Assembly (NCBI GenBank): GCA_047947115.1 | Contig: CP170459.1 | Coordinates: 5,248,001-5,312,000, forward strand | DNA length: 64,000 nucleotides | Direction of reading: 5' to 3' | DNA from: Verrucomicrobiota bacterium | Lineage (GTDB): Bacteria > Verrucomicrobiota > Verrucomicrobiia > Limisphaerales > AAA164-E04 | The notes under the pieces: model-generated | Seen by the model: only the letters and a program-made list of their open reading frames with translations | Told to the model about the DNA's origin: nothing | Database searches by the model: none | In this document: positions 20,001 to 30,635 of the stretch, piece by piece | Layout of the letters: the number at the start of each line of letters is the position of its first letter | Position numbering within the stretch: position 1 is the first letter of the stretch | Program-made: the position numbers and the translations under genes

Positions 20001-20804
20001 ACCCCGCCCCTTGTTGATGGTCCCGAACAATTCCTGAAACTCGGGAGCCACCACGTATCCACTCTGACCACGAACCAGGATCCCGCGTTTGAAAGTATCC
20101 TGGGTCGTCTGCGGTAGTTTGGACTCAGGGCTATCCACATATCGATGCGTCACAAGGTAACCGTCCAGATAGCCATCCAAATCATAATCCGCAAAAGACA
20201 TCACGATACTGGCTCCGTTATAATCGAGACCAAAACCGTGCGCATCCTCCTTAAAACGTCCTTTGCCGTCATTCAGGAACAGCATGTTGGGGGAACGATA
20301 GGCACATACATAAAGATCCAAATCGCCATCATTCTCAATGTCTACAAAGGAAACACCCGTTGTCCACTTGCCATGTGTTTCAACCCCTGATTCGATGGTC
20401 ATGTCCTCAAACTTCATCCTGCCCATATTTCGATAGAGACGACCACCCTTGTTGTAATTCCCAATAAAAACATCGGGCAAACCGTCCCCATCCACATCTC
20501 CTGTGCAAACCCCCGCACTTGCGCCGAAATCCTGGAGCAAATGTAAATCCCCACCTTCAGGAAACTGATGCGTCAGATTCAGGCCTGTGATTTCAGCGGG
20601 CAGACTTTGAAACCGTTTTTCGCTGGGAAGTGCATCTGAAGGTTTCGAAACAGAAAGAGTCTGGCAACGGAATGCCTGATTGGCAGCCAGCGCCTTCTCG
20701 CCTTGTAATAAAAGCAAGAACGCGATCCAAGATTGAAAGCAACGGCGCACTTTTGGCATCATAAAATCAAAATTCGCATGAAGGTTGGAGAACCTTCCTA
20801 CCAA
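17073..20804 (-). pseudogene. CRTAC1/ASPIC-UnbV, FG-GAP repeat protein interrupted by one in-frame TGA (17886-17888)
   Basis: ORFs 17886-20804 and 17073-17747 share a frame; the 46 intervening codons are open and read GVAYPLRTRSALFAGIPELNKLFPSYASF; many DxDxDGxxD repeats. Confidence 0.75.
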
Positions 20805-21175
20805 ATCCTAAAGGAGTATTCCAGAAAGAAGAGCATCTTAGGAAACATCATAATTTTCGGGGATTTCCATTTGCACCTTAAATGAGAAAACCTCTGCTCC
20901 GGGTCAACGGAGATCCGGATACAAGCAGTAATCCCCAAGAACATACTAAATCCACCTGCATCACACAAACCAAAGCATGCGCCTTAAAAATTACGAATGC
21001 ACTCAGAACCCCTAATAATCCAAAGCACCCCAATGCGCCATCAGGAAGAAAAAAAGATTGGTTATCACGGTGAGAAAGAGGATGATTAGGGAGTGAGTCG
21101 AAGGATTTTAACAAATCCACGAAGGAACACACCCCGTAAACATTTACAACTAACTGATAGCGTGTCATTTGATCC

Positions 21176-21727
21176 TTGAGAGGCTTTCATTACCATTTTG
21201 ATCTGAAGAGTCATGATCCTGGCCGTATCATTCCCGAACATGTCGAAATCGTACGGCATGAATGGGAAGAAGGGAGGCATTTGGTGCTTCGTCTATTGGC
21301 ATTTGTGGTCGCTTTTGAAGAAGGGATGGAGATCAATGGTCGCCCGCTGAGTGATGATGCCCCTTATCAACCGGCCTTTGGAAAATGGGATCTCGAAAAA
21401 CGTCCTCTGATCTGGGGGGAATGCGAACCAGGGGATTACAAACGCATCAAAAAAATATCCACAAAAGCAAGTGGCTGCCAGATAATGCTTTCCACCTCCT
21501 CTGAACCCATCGCAGTGGAATCATTGGCGGCACTCAAACGACAGAAACTTCGACCGGGGCGATACCGTATCCTCTTCTTTGATCCGGAGATGGTTCAGGA
21601 AATGATGGATCATCTTGACAGGCGCAATACGTTCACCTTGGTTCAGGCATCCCTTGAGCCGCCATCCTTCCAGTTTGATTTCAACGGATTGTGGTTTGAT
21701 ACCACCTTTGGCGAAATGAACTATTGA
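21176..21727 (+). CDS. YaeQ-like protein
   Basis: RHEWE...HLVLRLLAF and IWGEC pattern resembling YaeQ; TTG start. Confidence 0.65.
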   Translation: MRGFHYHFDLKSHDPGRIIPEHVEIVRHEWEEGRHLVLRLLAFVVAFEEGMEINGRPLSDDAPYQPAFGKWDLEKRPLIWGECEPGDYKRIKKISTKASGCQIMLSTSSEPIAVESLAALKRQKLRPGRYRILFFDPEMVQEMMDHLDRRNTFTLVQASLEPPSFQFDFNGLWFDTTFGEMNY

Positions 21728-21748
21728 GCAGACTAACCGTCAAAAAGC

Positions 21749-22378
21749 ATGGGCCGGATTGGTAAGGGCCAAGAAGATTCAAGCCAACTTTCTTTGCATA
21801 GCGCCACGGTGGCACCTCTGATCGCGCATCACCGTCAGGAAATCAACCTGTTTGTCACGATCATGCAAAGCGCAAAACAGACAGGTTTGTCGAGACTCAC
21901 GGCAACCGTTGAACCGGATTCAATTAAGGACACCATCATTCGAAGAAACAGGTTCCGCATCAGTCATGAAGAGGAAATAATGGAAGCGTCCATGAATCAC
22001 TGGAAACAGTCAGGAAATCAAGCGACCTTCATCGCAGATCCCGCATTGGATGCGATCGCTCGTGAATTTCGGGAAGAAGATTGGAATCAAATGCTGAAAC
22101 TCATCCAGCCACCCCGCCAAACCGGAGAGGCAACCTCCGTCATATACCCACTTCAAACCTCAGAACTTTGGAACCTAATGCAAGCTGCAATGGAAACGCC
22201 CCGGTCATTCGATGGCTTACTGCCTCCTCGCGTTCCGTCTATTTTGCTCTGGCCCGTTTTCTCGGAGGAACGTTTGGGGGCGAGGTGGCATTCGCACCTT
22301 AGGTTTCTAACATTTGAACGGCACCCCATCGTGGACAAGTCTCGTTTTTGTTTCGCCATCATTGGACTTGTGACCTAA
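21749..22378 (+). CDS. hypothetical protein
   Basis: 209 aa ORF filling the gap in a + strand run and ending 10 nt before the next gene; start uncertain. Confidence 0.5.
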   Translation: MGRIGKGQEDSSQLSLHSATVAPLIAHHRQEINLFVTIMQSAKQTGLSRLTATVEPDSIKDTIIRRNRFRISHEEEIMEASMNHWKQSGNQATFIADPALDAIAREFREEDWNQMLKLIQPPRQTGEATSVIYPLQTSELWNLMQAAMETPRSFDGLLPPRVPSILLWPVFSEERLGARWHSHLRFLTFERHPIVDKSRFCFAIIGLVT

Positions 22379-22388
22379 TCTCACCGCG

Positions 22389-23408
22389 ATGGATCAAAAG
22401 ATCAAAGTGGCAGTGATCGGAACAGGTGCCCTTGGCAATCAGCACGCAAGACTTTACGCGGACATGCACCGTGAGGGTCTGGTGGAGTGTGTGGGTGTGT
22501 TTGACAAGAACGCATCCACAGCACGTGAAGTTGCCGGTCAACACCGGCTTCCCGCCCTCTCCTCAATGGAAGAAGCGACCCATCAAGCCCAGGCTTTCAG
22601 CATTGTCACACCGACCACGACTCACTTCGGCATCGCAAGTGCGCTTCTCAAGGAAGGCAAACACCTCCTGGTTGAGAAACCCATGACTGATAACACAGAA
22701 CAGGCCGCCCAGTTGGTTCAACTCTCACAGGAAAATAACTGTGTATTGCAAATCGGCCACGTGGAACGATTCAACCCCGTTTTCGCCTACCTCAACGAAT
22801 CCGCCAAGGAACCCAAATTCATCGAAACACACCGTCTGTCCCCCTACCCCGCCCGCAGCACGGACGTCGGCGTGGTACTCGATCTCATGATCCACGATCT
22901 CGACGTGGTGTTGGCATTTGTCAAATCACCTGTGGTCCAGGTGGACGCAGCCGGTGTCACGGTACTCAGCAATTCGGAAGACATCGCGAACGCACGATTG
23001 AAGTTTGAAAACGGTTGTGTCGCCAACCTCACCGTCAGTCGGATCAGCCCGGATCGCATGCGTAAGATCCGGGTGTTCAGTGGTGGGGAAAACGCCAGCT
23101 ATGTTTCCCTCGATTACCAGGCTCAGGAAGGATTCATCTACCGGGTAGCCAGCGAAGGCGAAACACCTTCCAGTTTCTGGACCCAACTGCTGGCCTCCAA
23201 GAAAAAGGACTTCAAAGTGGTCAGCGAATTCGCCGGCAAAAAAATCGTGCGCGAACCCGTTCCCATTAATAAGGAAGAACCGCTTAAGCTTGAACTCCGG
23301 CACTTCATCGAATGCGTCCTCGCCAAAAGCGAACCGGCCGTCAGCGGCGCCTCCGCCAAACAAGCTCTCGACCTGGCTCTGGAAATCACCCGCCAGATAC
23401 AAATGTAG
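22389..23408 (+). CDS. Gfo/Idh/MocA family oxidoreductase (GnnA-like)
   Basis: GTGALG, LVEKP, GHVERFNP, VVLDLMIHDLD, ANARLKFENGCVANLTVSRIS. Confidence 0.9.
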   Translation: MDQKIKVAVIGTGALGNQHARLYADMHREGLVECVGVFDKNASTAREVAGQHRLPALSSMEEATHQAQAFSIVTPTTTHFGIASALLKEGKHLLVEKPMTDNTEQAAQLVQLSQENNCVLQIGHVERFNPVFAYLNESAKEPKFIETHRLSPYPARSTDVGVVLDLMIHDLDVVLAFVKSPVVQVDAAGVTVLSNSEDIANARLKFENGCVANLTVSRISPDRMRKIRVFSGGENASYVSLDYQAQEGFIYRVASEGETPSSFWTQLLASKKKDFKVVSEFAGKKIVREPVPINKEEPLKLELRHFIECVLAKSEPAVSGASAKQALDLALEITRQIQM

Positions 23409-23471
23409 CATGGTGAATTCAGCAGGGTGAATTTGGTTGTCGCGTTGCGGACAGAGTCATAGACTTCACGC

Positions 23472-24935
23472 ATGCAATCCATACTAACCTTATGGTGGCG
23501 GAGCTGTGTGTTCGCGGTTGTTTTTTGTGCTTTGGTGACGGGTCTTCAATCCCAGGAAACCAAACGCAAACCCAATGTCATTGTCTTTCTGGCCGATGAT
23601 CTCGGCTATCAGGAGCTGGGCTGTTACGGGCAGAAATACATCAAGACGCCCAACATCGACGCATTGGCCGCCAACGGCATGCGAATGACGCACTTTTACT
23701 CCGGCTCGCCGGTATGCGCTCCGTCGCGTGGCATGCTGTTGACCGGCAAGCACAGCGGTCATGCTTACGTGCGTGACAACCGTAATCCCAAAGGTCTGGA
23801 TGATATCAAAGCAACTTACCAATGGGAATTCCCCGGACAATATCCCATCCCGCCGGAAGAGGTCACTCTGGCCGAAGCACTCAAGTCGCAAGGCTACGCC
23901 ACCGGCGCCATGGGCAAATGGGGACTCGGACATTTCGGCACCACCGGAGATCCCAACAAGCAGGGATTCGACCTGTTCTATGGATTCAACTGCCAGGTCC
24001 ACGCCCACAATCATTATCCCAAATTTCTCTGGCGAAACGGCAAGAAGGAGGTCCTTCCCGGCAACGATCGCACCCTTTACGGAGAAACATTCTCCCAGGA
24101 TCGTTTCATCGAAGAAGCGGTCGGCTTCATCGACGCTCATCAGGATGATCCCTTCTTTCTGTTCATGCCCTTCACCATACCGCACCTGTCCATCCAGGTT
24201 CCTCAATGGGCTGTGGATTGGTATGCGGATGACATTGAAGAGGAAGCATACGAACATCGCGGCTATCTGAAACACCCCAAACCTCGTGCCGGATACGCCG
24301 CCATGGTGACCTATCTGGATTACGGAGTCGGATTGATCATGAACAAACTCCGCTCGCTCGGACTGGAAGAAGACACCCTGGTCATCTTCACCTCCGACAA
24401 CGGTCCTACTTATGACCGCCTGGGCGGCAGCGATTCGGATTTTTTCGAATCAGCAGGCGTTTTCAAAGGACTCAAAGGGAGCGTTTACGAAGGCGGAATC
24501 CGCGTGCCGATGGTGGCCAGTTGGCCAGGGAAAATTCCGGCAGGACAAACCACCGAAGAGCCCGCCGCCTTCTGGGATCTCATGCCCACCATTCTCAACA
24601 TGACCGGCAACAAGGAAGCCCTTCCTTCAGACGTGGATGGTATCAACCTGGCCCCTACCTTGCTCAGCAAAGGCAACCAGTCATCACATGCCTATCTTTA
24701 CTGGGAATTCCCAGCTTACGGGGGACAGCAAGCGCTGCGCATGGGCAACTGGAAAGCCGTCCGTCAAAACATCATCCGCAACGGCATTCAAACGGAACTT
24801 TACGAACTGAAAGACGACCCATCTGAAAGCACCAACCTGGCATCCAAACACCCATCCATCGTTTCCGAAATGGAAAAACTGATGAAAGAAGCCCGCGTTC
24901 CGTCTGAGATGTATCCATTCAAGAACCTCGACTAA
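23472..24935 (+). CDS. arylsulfatase (formylglycine-dependent, Cys type)
   Basis: Signal peptide, [42 protein letters not shown]. Confidence 0.92.
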   Translation: MQSILTLWWRSCVFAVVFCALVTGLQSQETKRKPNVIVFLADDLGYQELGCYGQKYIKTPNIDALAANGMRMTHFYSGSPVCAPSRGMLLTGKHSGHAYVRDNRNPKGLDDIKATYQWEFPGQYPIPPEEVTLAEALKSQGYATGAMGKWGLGHFGTTGDPNKQGFDLFYGFNCQVHAHNHYPKFLWRNGKKEVLPGNDRTLYGETFSQDRFIEEAVGFIDAHQDDPFFLFMPFTIPHLSIQVPQWAVDWYADDIEEEAYEHRGYLKHPKPRAGYAAMVTYLDYGVGLIMNKLRSLGLEEDTLVIFTSDNGPTYDRLGGSDSDFFESAGVFKGLKGSVYEGGIRVPMVASWPGKIPAGQTTEEPAAFWDLMPTILNMTGNKEALPSDVDGINLAPTLLSKGNQSSHAYLYWEFPAYGGQQALRMGNWKAVRQNIIRNGIQTELYELKDDPSESTNLASKHPSIVSEMEKLMKEARVPSEMYPFKNLD

Positions 24936-24975
24936 ACCTCCCCCGTTCACTCACTTACCAGATCCACTGCAAAAC

Positions 24976-26430
24976 ATGAAAAAAGCAATCACAACCCTTA
25001 AAACCTTTCTGACGGCAGGGGCCCTGTGTTCCACAACCTTGAACACAATCGCCCAGCAACAACCTACCGGAGCCGAACTGTACGCCACGGCTTGCGCTCA
25101 GTGCCACGGCGCTCAATTGCAAGGCGGCCAGGCCCAGAGTCTGGTGGATGCCGTCTGGCAGTTCGGCTCGGGCCGCAGTCACATCTTCCGCAACGTGAAA
25201 TACGGCATCTCTGATTTCGCCATGCCCGCGTTCGAGGAAGCATTGTCCGATGACGCCATCAACCGCATCCTGGACTTTGTGTTCGAATCGGAAAAAACAT
25301 CAGGCGCACAAAAACCACCGTTTCCTGAGAAACTGTTTACACTTGATTACGAAGTAAAGGTAGAAAAAGTCGCAGAAGGCCTGGATATCCCCTGGGCCAT
25401 TGATTTTCTCGACGAACACCGCGCCCTGGTCACCGAACGCCCCGGCAGAGTCCGGCTGATCTCCAGCGGTCGCCTGCACCCCAATCCCATTGTTGGAATC
25501 CCCGAAGTGGTGCACGAGGGACAAGGAGGACTCCTCGATGTGTCGATCGATCCCGACTATGCCAGCACGGGTTGGATCTACCTTTCCTATAGTCACCTCC
25601 TGAACGACGCAGAGGGTGATCGCAAGCCCGCCATGACGCGCATCGTGCGAGGACGCCTGAAAGATCATCACTGGGTGGACCAGGAAACCATCTTTGAAGC
25701 GCCCCATGATCTGTACCTGACCACACGTCATCACTATGGCAGTCGAATCGTCTTTGATCCCAATGGTTATCTCTACTTCTCCATCGGAGATCGAGGCAAT
25801 TCAAACCAGGCCCAGGACATCACCCGTCCAAATGGAAAAATCCACCGCATCCACAAGGACGGATCCATTCCCACCGACAATCCATTTGTCGGACGCGATG
25901 ACGCCATCCCCTCCATATTCACTTTTGGAAACCGTAACCCGCAAGGGCTTGCCGTACACCCGGGAACCGGTCAGGTCTGGGAAGCGGAACACGGTCCCAT
26001 GGGAGGCGACGAGCTCAACCTCATCCGGGGCGGCAGCAATTATGGTTGGCCATCGATCACCTATGGACGCAACTACGATGGTGGCATCGTTTCAGACTTC
26101 CGCACCCGCGAGGGCATGGCGGCTCCCGCGCTCTACTGGAAACCATCCATCGCAGTTTGTGGCATTCATTTTGCCAATAGTCCTCTTTTTCCGAAATGGA
26201 AGAACAAACTTCTGGTGGGTGCATTGAAGTTCGAGGAAGTGCGCCTGTTGGACATTCAGGACGACCGGGTCATGCATCAGGAAATCATCCTCAAAAATGC
26301 CGGACGCGTGCGCGATGTCAACAGCGCACCCGACGGGGCCATCTACGTGGTGACCAACGGCCCCGATGCCGTGCTGAAATTGTCTCCCATCCGCGATGTC
26401 AACCTCGACTCCGAAGAATCCATCCGATGA
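24976..26430 (+). CDS. cytochrome c fused to PQQ-dependent sugar dehydrogenase (GSDH beta-propeller)
   Basis: Signal peptide, CAQCH, GQGGLLDV, HYGSRIVF, GNRNPQG, EHGPMGGDELN, NYGWP. Confidence 0.9.
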   Translation: MKKAITTLKTFLTAGALCSTTLNTIAQQQPTGAELYATACAQCHGAQLQGGQAQSLVDAVWQFGSGRSHIFRNVKYGISDFAMPAFEEALSDDAINRILDFVFESEKTSGAQKPPFPEKLFTLDYEVKVEKVAEGLDIPWAIDFLDEHRALVTERPGRVRLISSGRLHPNPIVGIPEVVHEGQGGLLDVSIDPDYASTGWIYLSYSHLLNDAEGDRKPAMTRIVRGRLKDHHWVDQETIFEAPHDLYLTTRHHYGSRIVFDPNGYLYFSIGDRGNSNQAQDITRPNGKIHRIHKDGSIPTDNPFVGRDDAIPSIFTFGNRNPQGLAVHPGTGQVWEAEHGPMGGDELNLIRGGSNYGWPSITYGRNYDGGIVSDFRTREGMAAPALYWKPSIAVCGIHFANSPLFPKWKNKLLVGALKFEEVRLLDIQDDRVMHQEIILKNAGRVRDVNSAPDGAIYVVTNGPDAVLKLSPIRDVNLDSEESIR

Positions 26431-28178
26431 CTCACGCTCGTCTGATCAGCCTGGCCATCGGTATCCTTCAGTGGGGAGCCCACGCGCTCTGCTTCGGCGC
26501 GACCTCCAAGTTGAAGCAACCCATTGCACTGGCATGGTTAGAGGAGACGCAAACTCTTTGGGCGGCAACCAAGAATGACCAGAGCATCCTTCGAGTTCAT
26601 GTTGATTCAAAAGCCTGGGAACGGGTCTTTCAGGTTGAATCACCGCTGACGGATCTGCACAGAATCCCCGGCACAAGCACACTCGCGGCCCTGCAATCTT
26701 CACCGGGGAGGATCTATTTATTCGACACCGCAAGGCAGGAAGCACCCGTTAATATAGCTTCCTTCTCGATTCCTTCCTACGCCGAAAACATCGTCAGTTC
26801 TCCGGATGGCAGGTGCTTGTATGTCCTCCACCGCTGGAACCATCTGGCAACCATCCTGGAACAAACAAACGAACCTTCGCCTGAAGGAATACCGGATTAT
26901 CGCGTTCGGCAATGTATTCAGCTTCCATTTGCCCCCGGCAGCCAACTACTCGTTTCCGATTCGGATACCTGGATCATCACGGCGGCTTTTGGCGGAGGCA
27001 TGGCGTTATTGAACCCGCACACGGGAACCCTCCAATCCACCCTTGAACGTTCCATTCACAACATCCGGGACATGGTTTTGGATCGCGAACACCATAACAT
27101 ATGGATGGCCCACCAAACCCTTCACCCAAATGCTACCACCCTGCGGGGAGACATCCAGTGGGGATTCCTGATGGAAAACAAGGTCAGCGGATTTTCTGTC
27201 AAAAACCTGACAACCGATTACTCAAGCTCCGAACCGCTGCAACCCAAGGGCCAACTCGAACGCCCCGGTAACGCGGCGGGTGACCCCGAAGCGCTTCTAT
27301 GGACGGATCAGGATGAAATGGTGATCGCTCTCGCGGGAGTGGGAGAGGTGGCCGTGATGCGTCGGGACACGACGCAAGTGTATCGTTCAGGAGTGGGACG
27401 TCGACCAAGTGCCCTGGCTTATGACAAGACCGGACGCCGTGTATTTGTCGCCAACACCCTCTCGGATTCGATATCCATTTTGAAACTGGATCCAGCTCCT
27501 CAGCTATCATCGACAATACGCCTGGGCCGCCTCAAGGAATTGTCGGAACTCGCGCAGGGGGAGCGTTTGTTTTTCGATGCGCATCAGTCGTTTCATGGAT
27601 GGTTCAGTTGTCACAGTTGCCACACCGACGGTCACGCCAACGGCATGCTGAATGACAACGAGGCAGATGGAGGATTCGGAGCGCCCAAGAAAGTATTGTC
27701 GTTATTGGGTGTGGCCGATACCGCCCCCTGGAGTTGGCTGGGCAAGCGAAATGATCTCGTTGAACAGGCCCACCGCTCCATCCAAACCACCATGAGGGAA
27801 ATCCCGACTCAGGAAAAAGCGAAGGCCCTGAGTGCTTACATGAAAACACTTCCACCGGCTCCCCCCCTTAAGCCCGACCTGCCGCCACGCAGGATCAATC
27901 AGGGAATGGAACTCTTCGAGCGCCTTCGATGTGACGAGTGCCATCTTCCTCCCACTTATACGGACGAGGATGTTTACGATGTGGGCATTCCGGACGCATC
28001 AGGTTCTGTGGCGTTCAATCCCCCGTCACTGCTTGGAGTCTCCCAACGCACCCATTTCCTGCACGATGGACGTATCAAAGACCTCAAGGATGTCTTCACC
28101 AAGCAAAAACACATGCTGGAAAAAGACCTGTCGCCTCAGGAACTCGCTCTGCTGCTCGATTTCCTACAATCCCTCTGA
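26427..28178 (+). CDS. YncE/YVTN beta-propeller plus diheme cytochrome c (peroxidase-like) protein
   Basis: Start MTHARL overlaps the upstream stop (ATGA); VFVANTLSDSIS, CHSCH, CDECH, PSLLGV...FLHDG. Confidence 0.8.
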   Translation: MTHARLISLAIGILQWGAHALCFGATSKLKQPIALAWLEETQTLWAATKNDQSILRVHVDSKAWERVFQVESPLTDLHRIPGTSTLAALQSSPGRIYLFDTARQEAPVNIASFSIPSYAENIVSSPDGRCLYVLHRWNHLATILEQTNEPSPEGIPDYRVRQCIQLPFAPGSQLLVSDSDTWIITAAFGGGMALLNPHTGTLQSTLERSIHNIRDMVLDREHHNIWMAHQTLHPNATTLRGDIQWGFLMENKVSGFSVKNLTTDYSSSEPLQPKGQLERPGNAAGDPEALLWTDQDEMVIALAGVGEVAVMRRDTTQVYRSGVGRRPSALAYDKTGRRVFVANTLSDSISILKLDPAPQLSSTIRLGRLKELSELAQGERLFFDAHQSFHGWFSCHSCHTDGHANGMLNDNEADGGFGAPKKVLSLLGVADTAPWSWLGKRNDLVEQAHRSIQTTMREIPTQEKAKALSAYMKTLPPAPPLKPDLPPRRINQGMELFERLRCDECHLPPTYTDEDVYDVGIPDASGSVAFNPPSLLGVSQRTHFLHDGRIKDLKDVFTKQKHMLEKDLSPQELALLLDFLQSL

Positions 28179-28280
28179 GCTCATAATAGAGTCTGGATAA
28201 GGGGGGGAGCTATCAGGCACCCCCTGAATGGCTGCGTCCAAAAAAAAATCTGGATCTCATCTCTGGCTTTTCATTAGCTT

Positions 28281-30554
28281 TTGGGAATGCACCTTCGAAC
28301 ATCGCAAAAACCTGATTGGCACCCCTTGAACAGCAGTGTCTCAATTGTCTTATTCATATGGATATTCATGACTTGCACGTCCGTTTCAACAACGAACGGA
28401 GCAACACCCCCCACCACCCCATCCTCCAGATATTTCGTCGATGTTGAGCGCTATCGTTTCAGTTGGCCGGACTTGAACAATCCTGCCTTTTATCCCATCC
28501 CGCAGGAACCGGTGACCAGGGACAGCTACCTGAAAGCCATCGAAGAAACCAATCCTGCCGAACTCGTCAAAAACCCAAAGCACGGCATGAACGGGCCAAG
28601 GGCCTTCATGCCGATTCTGGTCAAATACGTGGAGACCGGGGATTCCAAATGGAGCGATGGCATCCGGGAGATGTTTCATTCCTTCCATCAGGAAATGCAA
28701 AACATCGTCGCGGAAAAACAATGGTTCTGGCAATTCGAGGATCCCGCCGTGTTGATCCCCATTTACCGCAAACATCTGGTGGAGGGAGGCGCCATTTCGG
28801 AAGATACCGAATGGTTCCGCGACATGTGGCTTTATTATTGCCGCAACCTGCATGTATGGGATTCCAAAACCACTGAATGGCGGGGCGGCTGCCACCGCTC
28901 CATGCCCGAAGCCATGTCCAAAGGTCTCGCCGCCCGTTGGTATCCCGACATACCGGAGGCCGACCACTGGAAACGTTATTCGGAACGGGTGTTTCATGAT
29001 TTCTGGAAGGTCAAAGATGCGCCTCAAAACGACACCGGTTACATGATGGGGCCTCTGATTGTATTGATTTGCGGTGGGGATCAATGGACGCAGGATGATC
29101 GGGTTTATACCGATCCGGACATGAAGCGCCTATGGGATCGATTGCTCGTCGAGATCACACCGGACGGCGCGATCAATCCTTACGGCCCCAACGGAGGATG
29201 GAACAGCACCGCCGATTACCGCGTCGCCATGTTGGAACGCGTGGCGGCCAGGACCGGGGACGGTCGTTACCGTTATGGCGCCCACAAACTCTTCAACTAT
29301 CTCCGTTACCAGATGCCGGGCAACAAACCCGGTTCGGTGGCATCCAATCACTGGACCACCTGGCTCATGGCGCTGGCCTGGCTGTTTGCCGACGAATCGG
29401 TTGAACCCGTCCAACCCGAGGCCGGCTCGCTTTGGAATCAACGCATGGAAGCCGCCCGCATCCCCCATACCGACAAGAAACTCACCGAACGATTGCTCGG
29501 TCACGCCGATCCGAGGGAAGATTTCGGTCACATCTGCTGCAGTTGGCACATGACAGGTCATGTATGGCCCGACAAACTCGTATTGCGGAGCGGATGGAAT
29601 CGGGGCGATCTGTTTGCTTTAATCGAACTCCACCCAACCAGCTTCCCGTCCAATCCCGGAGGCATCATGGGCATGAACCGTTGGGGAGCACCTTTCACGC
29701 AGATCGCGACCAGCAAGGGAGCGTCGGTTGAGAACCGCCTGCTTATCGAAGACCTGCATCAACAAACCACGAAGCGACTGCACCCGGACAAATTGCGCAT
29801 CGATGAATTCTGGAGGGCCGGGGCCATGCCGGACATACAGTCTGAAGTCGTCCATTTCGAAGATACCAAGGAAGCCACCTATGCCACCGTTCGGGTGAAA
29901 AACATGGATGGTCTACCCGTCGTTTATGAACGTTCCTTCGTCTTTGCAAAAAACCGATTCCTGGCAACGCGCGAACAGGTGACCTTTGAAGCATCCTTTG
30001 AAGCCAGAGTCGCTCCCACCTGGAACACCCAAAACATTGGTCCGCAAATCGGCAATCACTGGGCCAACACCTTTGTCAGCCACCCGGTCGGGGACAACGG
30101 ACGTCAAAGCATGCCCACACCGCCCGTGGACCTCCTGGTCTGGCACGCCCCGAAAACGGATCGTCAATTGCAAAGCGTAAACCGACTGGAAGACGATCCA
30201 CGCGCGGAAGTCTCCCCCAATCAACTCCGGTATGTGTGGGAAGGAAAACCCCAAAAAGGAGAAACCCTTGTCTTCACCCAGGTCTATTACCCCCACCTTC
30301 CCTATCGATCACGCCCGACCTCCAACAATCCAAACCCAAACAGCAAGGCCGACTACGCCAATCAACTACAAGCAACCGCCCACGCCTCCGGCATTCAAGT
30401 GCTCCGCGACGATCAGGAAGCAAGCGTGTTGAAGTTGAACCTGGAATCGGACATGACAGAATGGGTGTGGTTCAATCCTTCCAAGGAAGATCTCACCATG
30501 GAATCGTTCACCAGCAACAGACCCTATGGATACATCAAGCAAACCACCCCATGA
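28281..30554 (+). CDS. secreted hypothetical protein, heparinase II/III-like architecture
   Basis: 757 aa; helical N-half, ITPDGAINPYG and LVLRSGW motifs, beta-rich C-half; start uncertain. Confidence 0.55.
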   Translation: MGMHLRTSQKPDWHPLNSSVSIVLFIWIFMTCTSVSTTNGATPPTTPSSRYFVDVERYRFSWPDLNNPAFYPIPQEPVTRDSYLKAIEETNPAELVKNPKHGMNGPRAFMPILVKYVETGDSKWSDGIREMFHSFHQEMQNIVAEKQWFWQFEDPAVLIPIYRKHLVEGGAISEDTEWFRDMWLYYCRNLHVWDSKTTEWRGGCHRSMPEAMSKGLAARWYPDIPEADHWKRYSERVFHDFWKVKDAPQNDTGYMMGPLIVLICGGDQWTQDDRVYTDPDMKRLWDRLLVEITPDGAINPYGPNGGWNSTADYRVAMLERVAARTGDGRYRYGAHKLFNYLRYQMPGNKPGSVASNHWTTWLMALAWLFADESVEPVQPEAGSLWNQRMEAARIPHTDKKLTERLLGHADPREDFGHICCSWHMTGHVWPDKLVLRSGWNRGDLFALIELHPTSFPSNPGGIMGMNRWGAPFTQIATSKGASVENRLLIEDLHQQTTKRLHPDKLRIDEFWRAGAMPDIQSEVVHFEDTKEATYATVRVKNMDGLPVVYERSFVFAKNRFLATREQVTFEASFEARVAPTWNTQNIGPQIGNHWANTFVSHPVGDNGRQSMPTPPVDLLVWHAPKTDRQLQSVNRLEDDPRAEVSPNQLRYVWEGKPQKGETLVFTQVYYPHLPYRSRPTSNNPNPNSKADYANQLQATAHASGIQVLRDDQEASVLKLNLESDMTEWVWFNPSKEDLTMESFTSNRPYGYIKQTTP

Positions 30555-30635
30555 AATCAATCATCCATGACATTATCCATTGATCCGGATTGGCCTATGT
30601 GGGATGATTCCGTTCGATTGATCTGATCAAATCAT

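Noticed and set aside
26196..26426. N-terminal extension of the diheme protein in the ORF track
   Set aside because: Overlaps the upstream CDS out of frame; ATG 26427 gives a signal peptide and an ATGA overlap.
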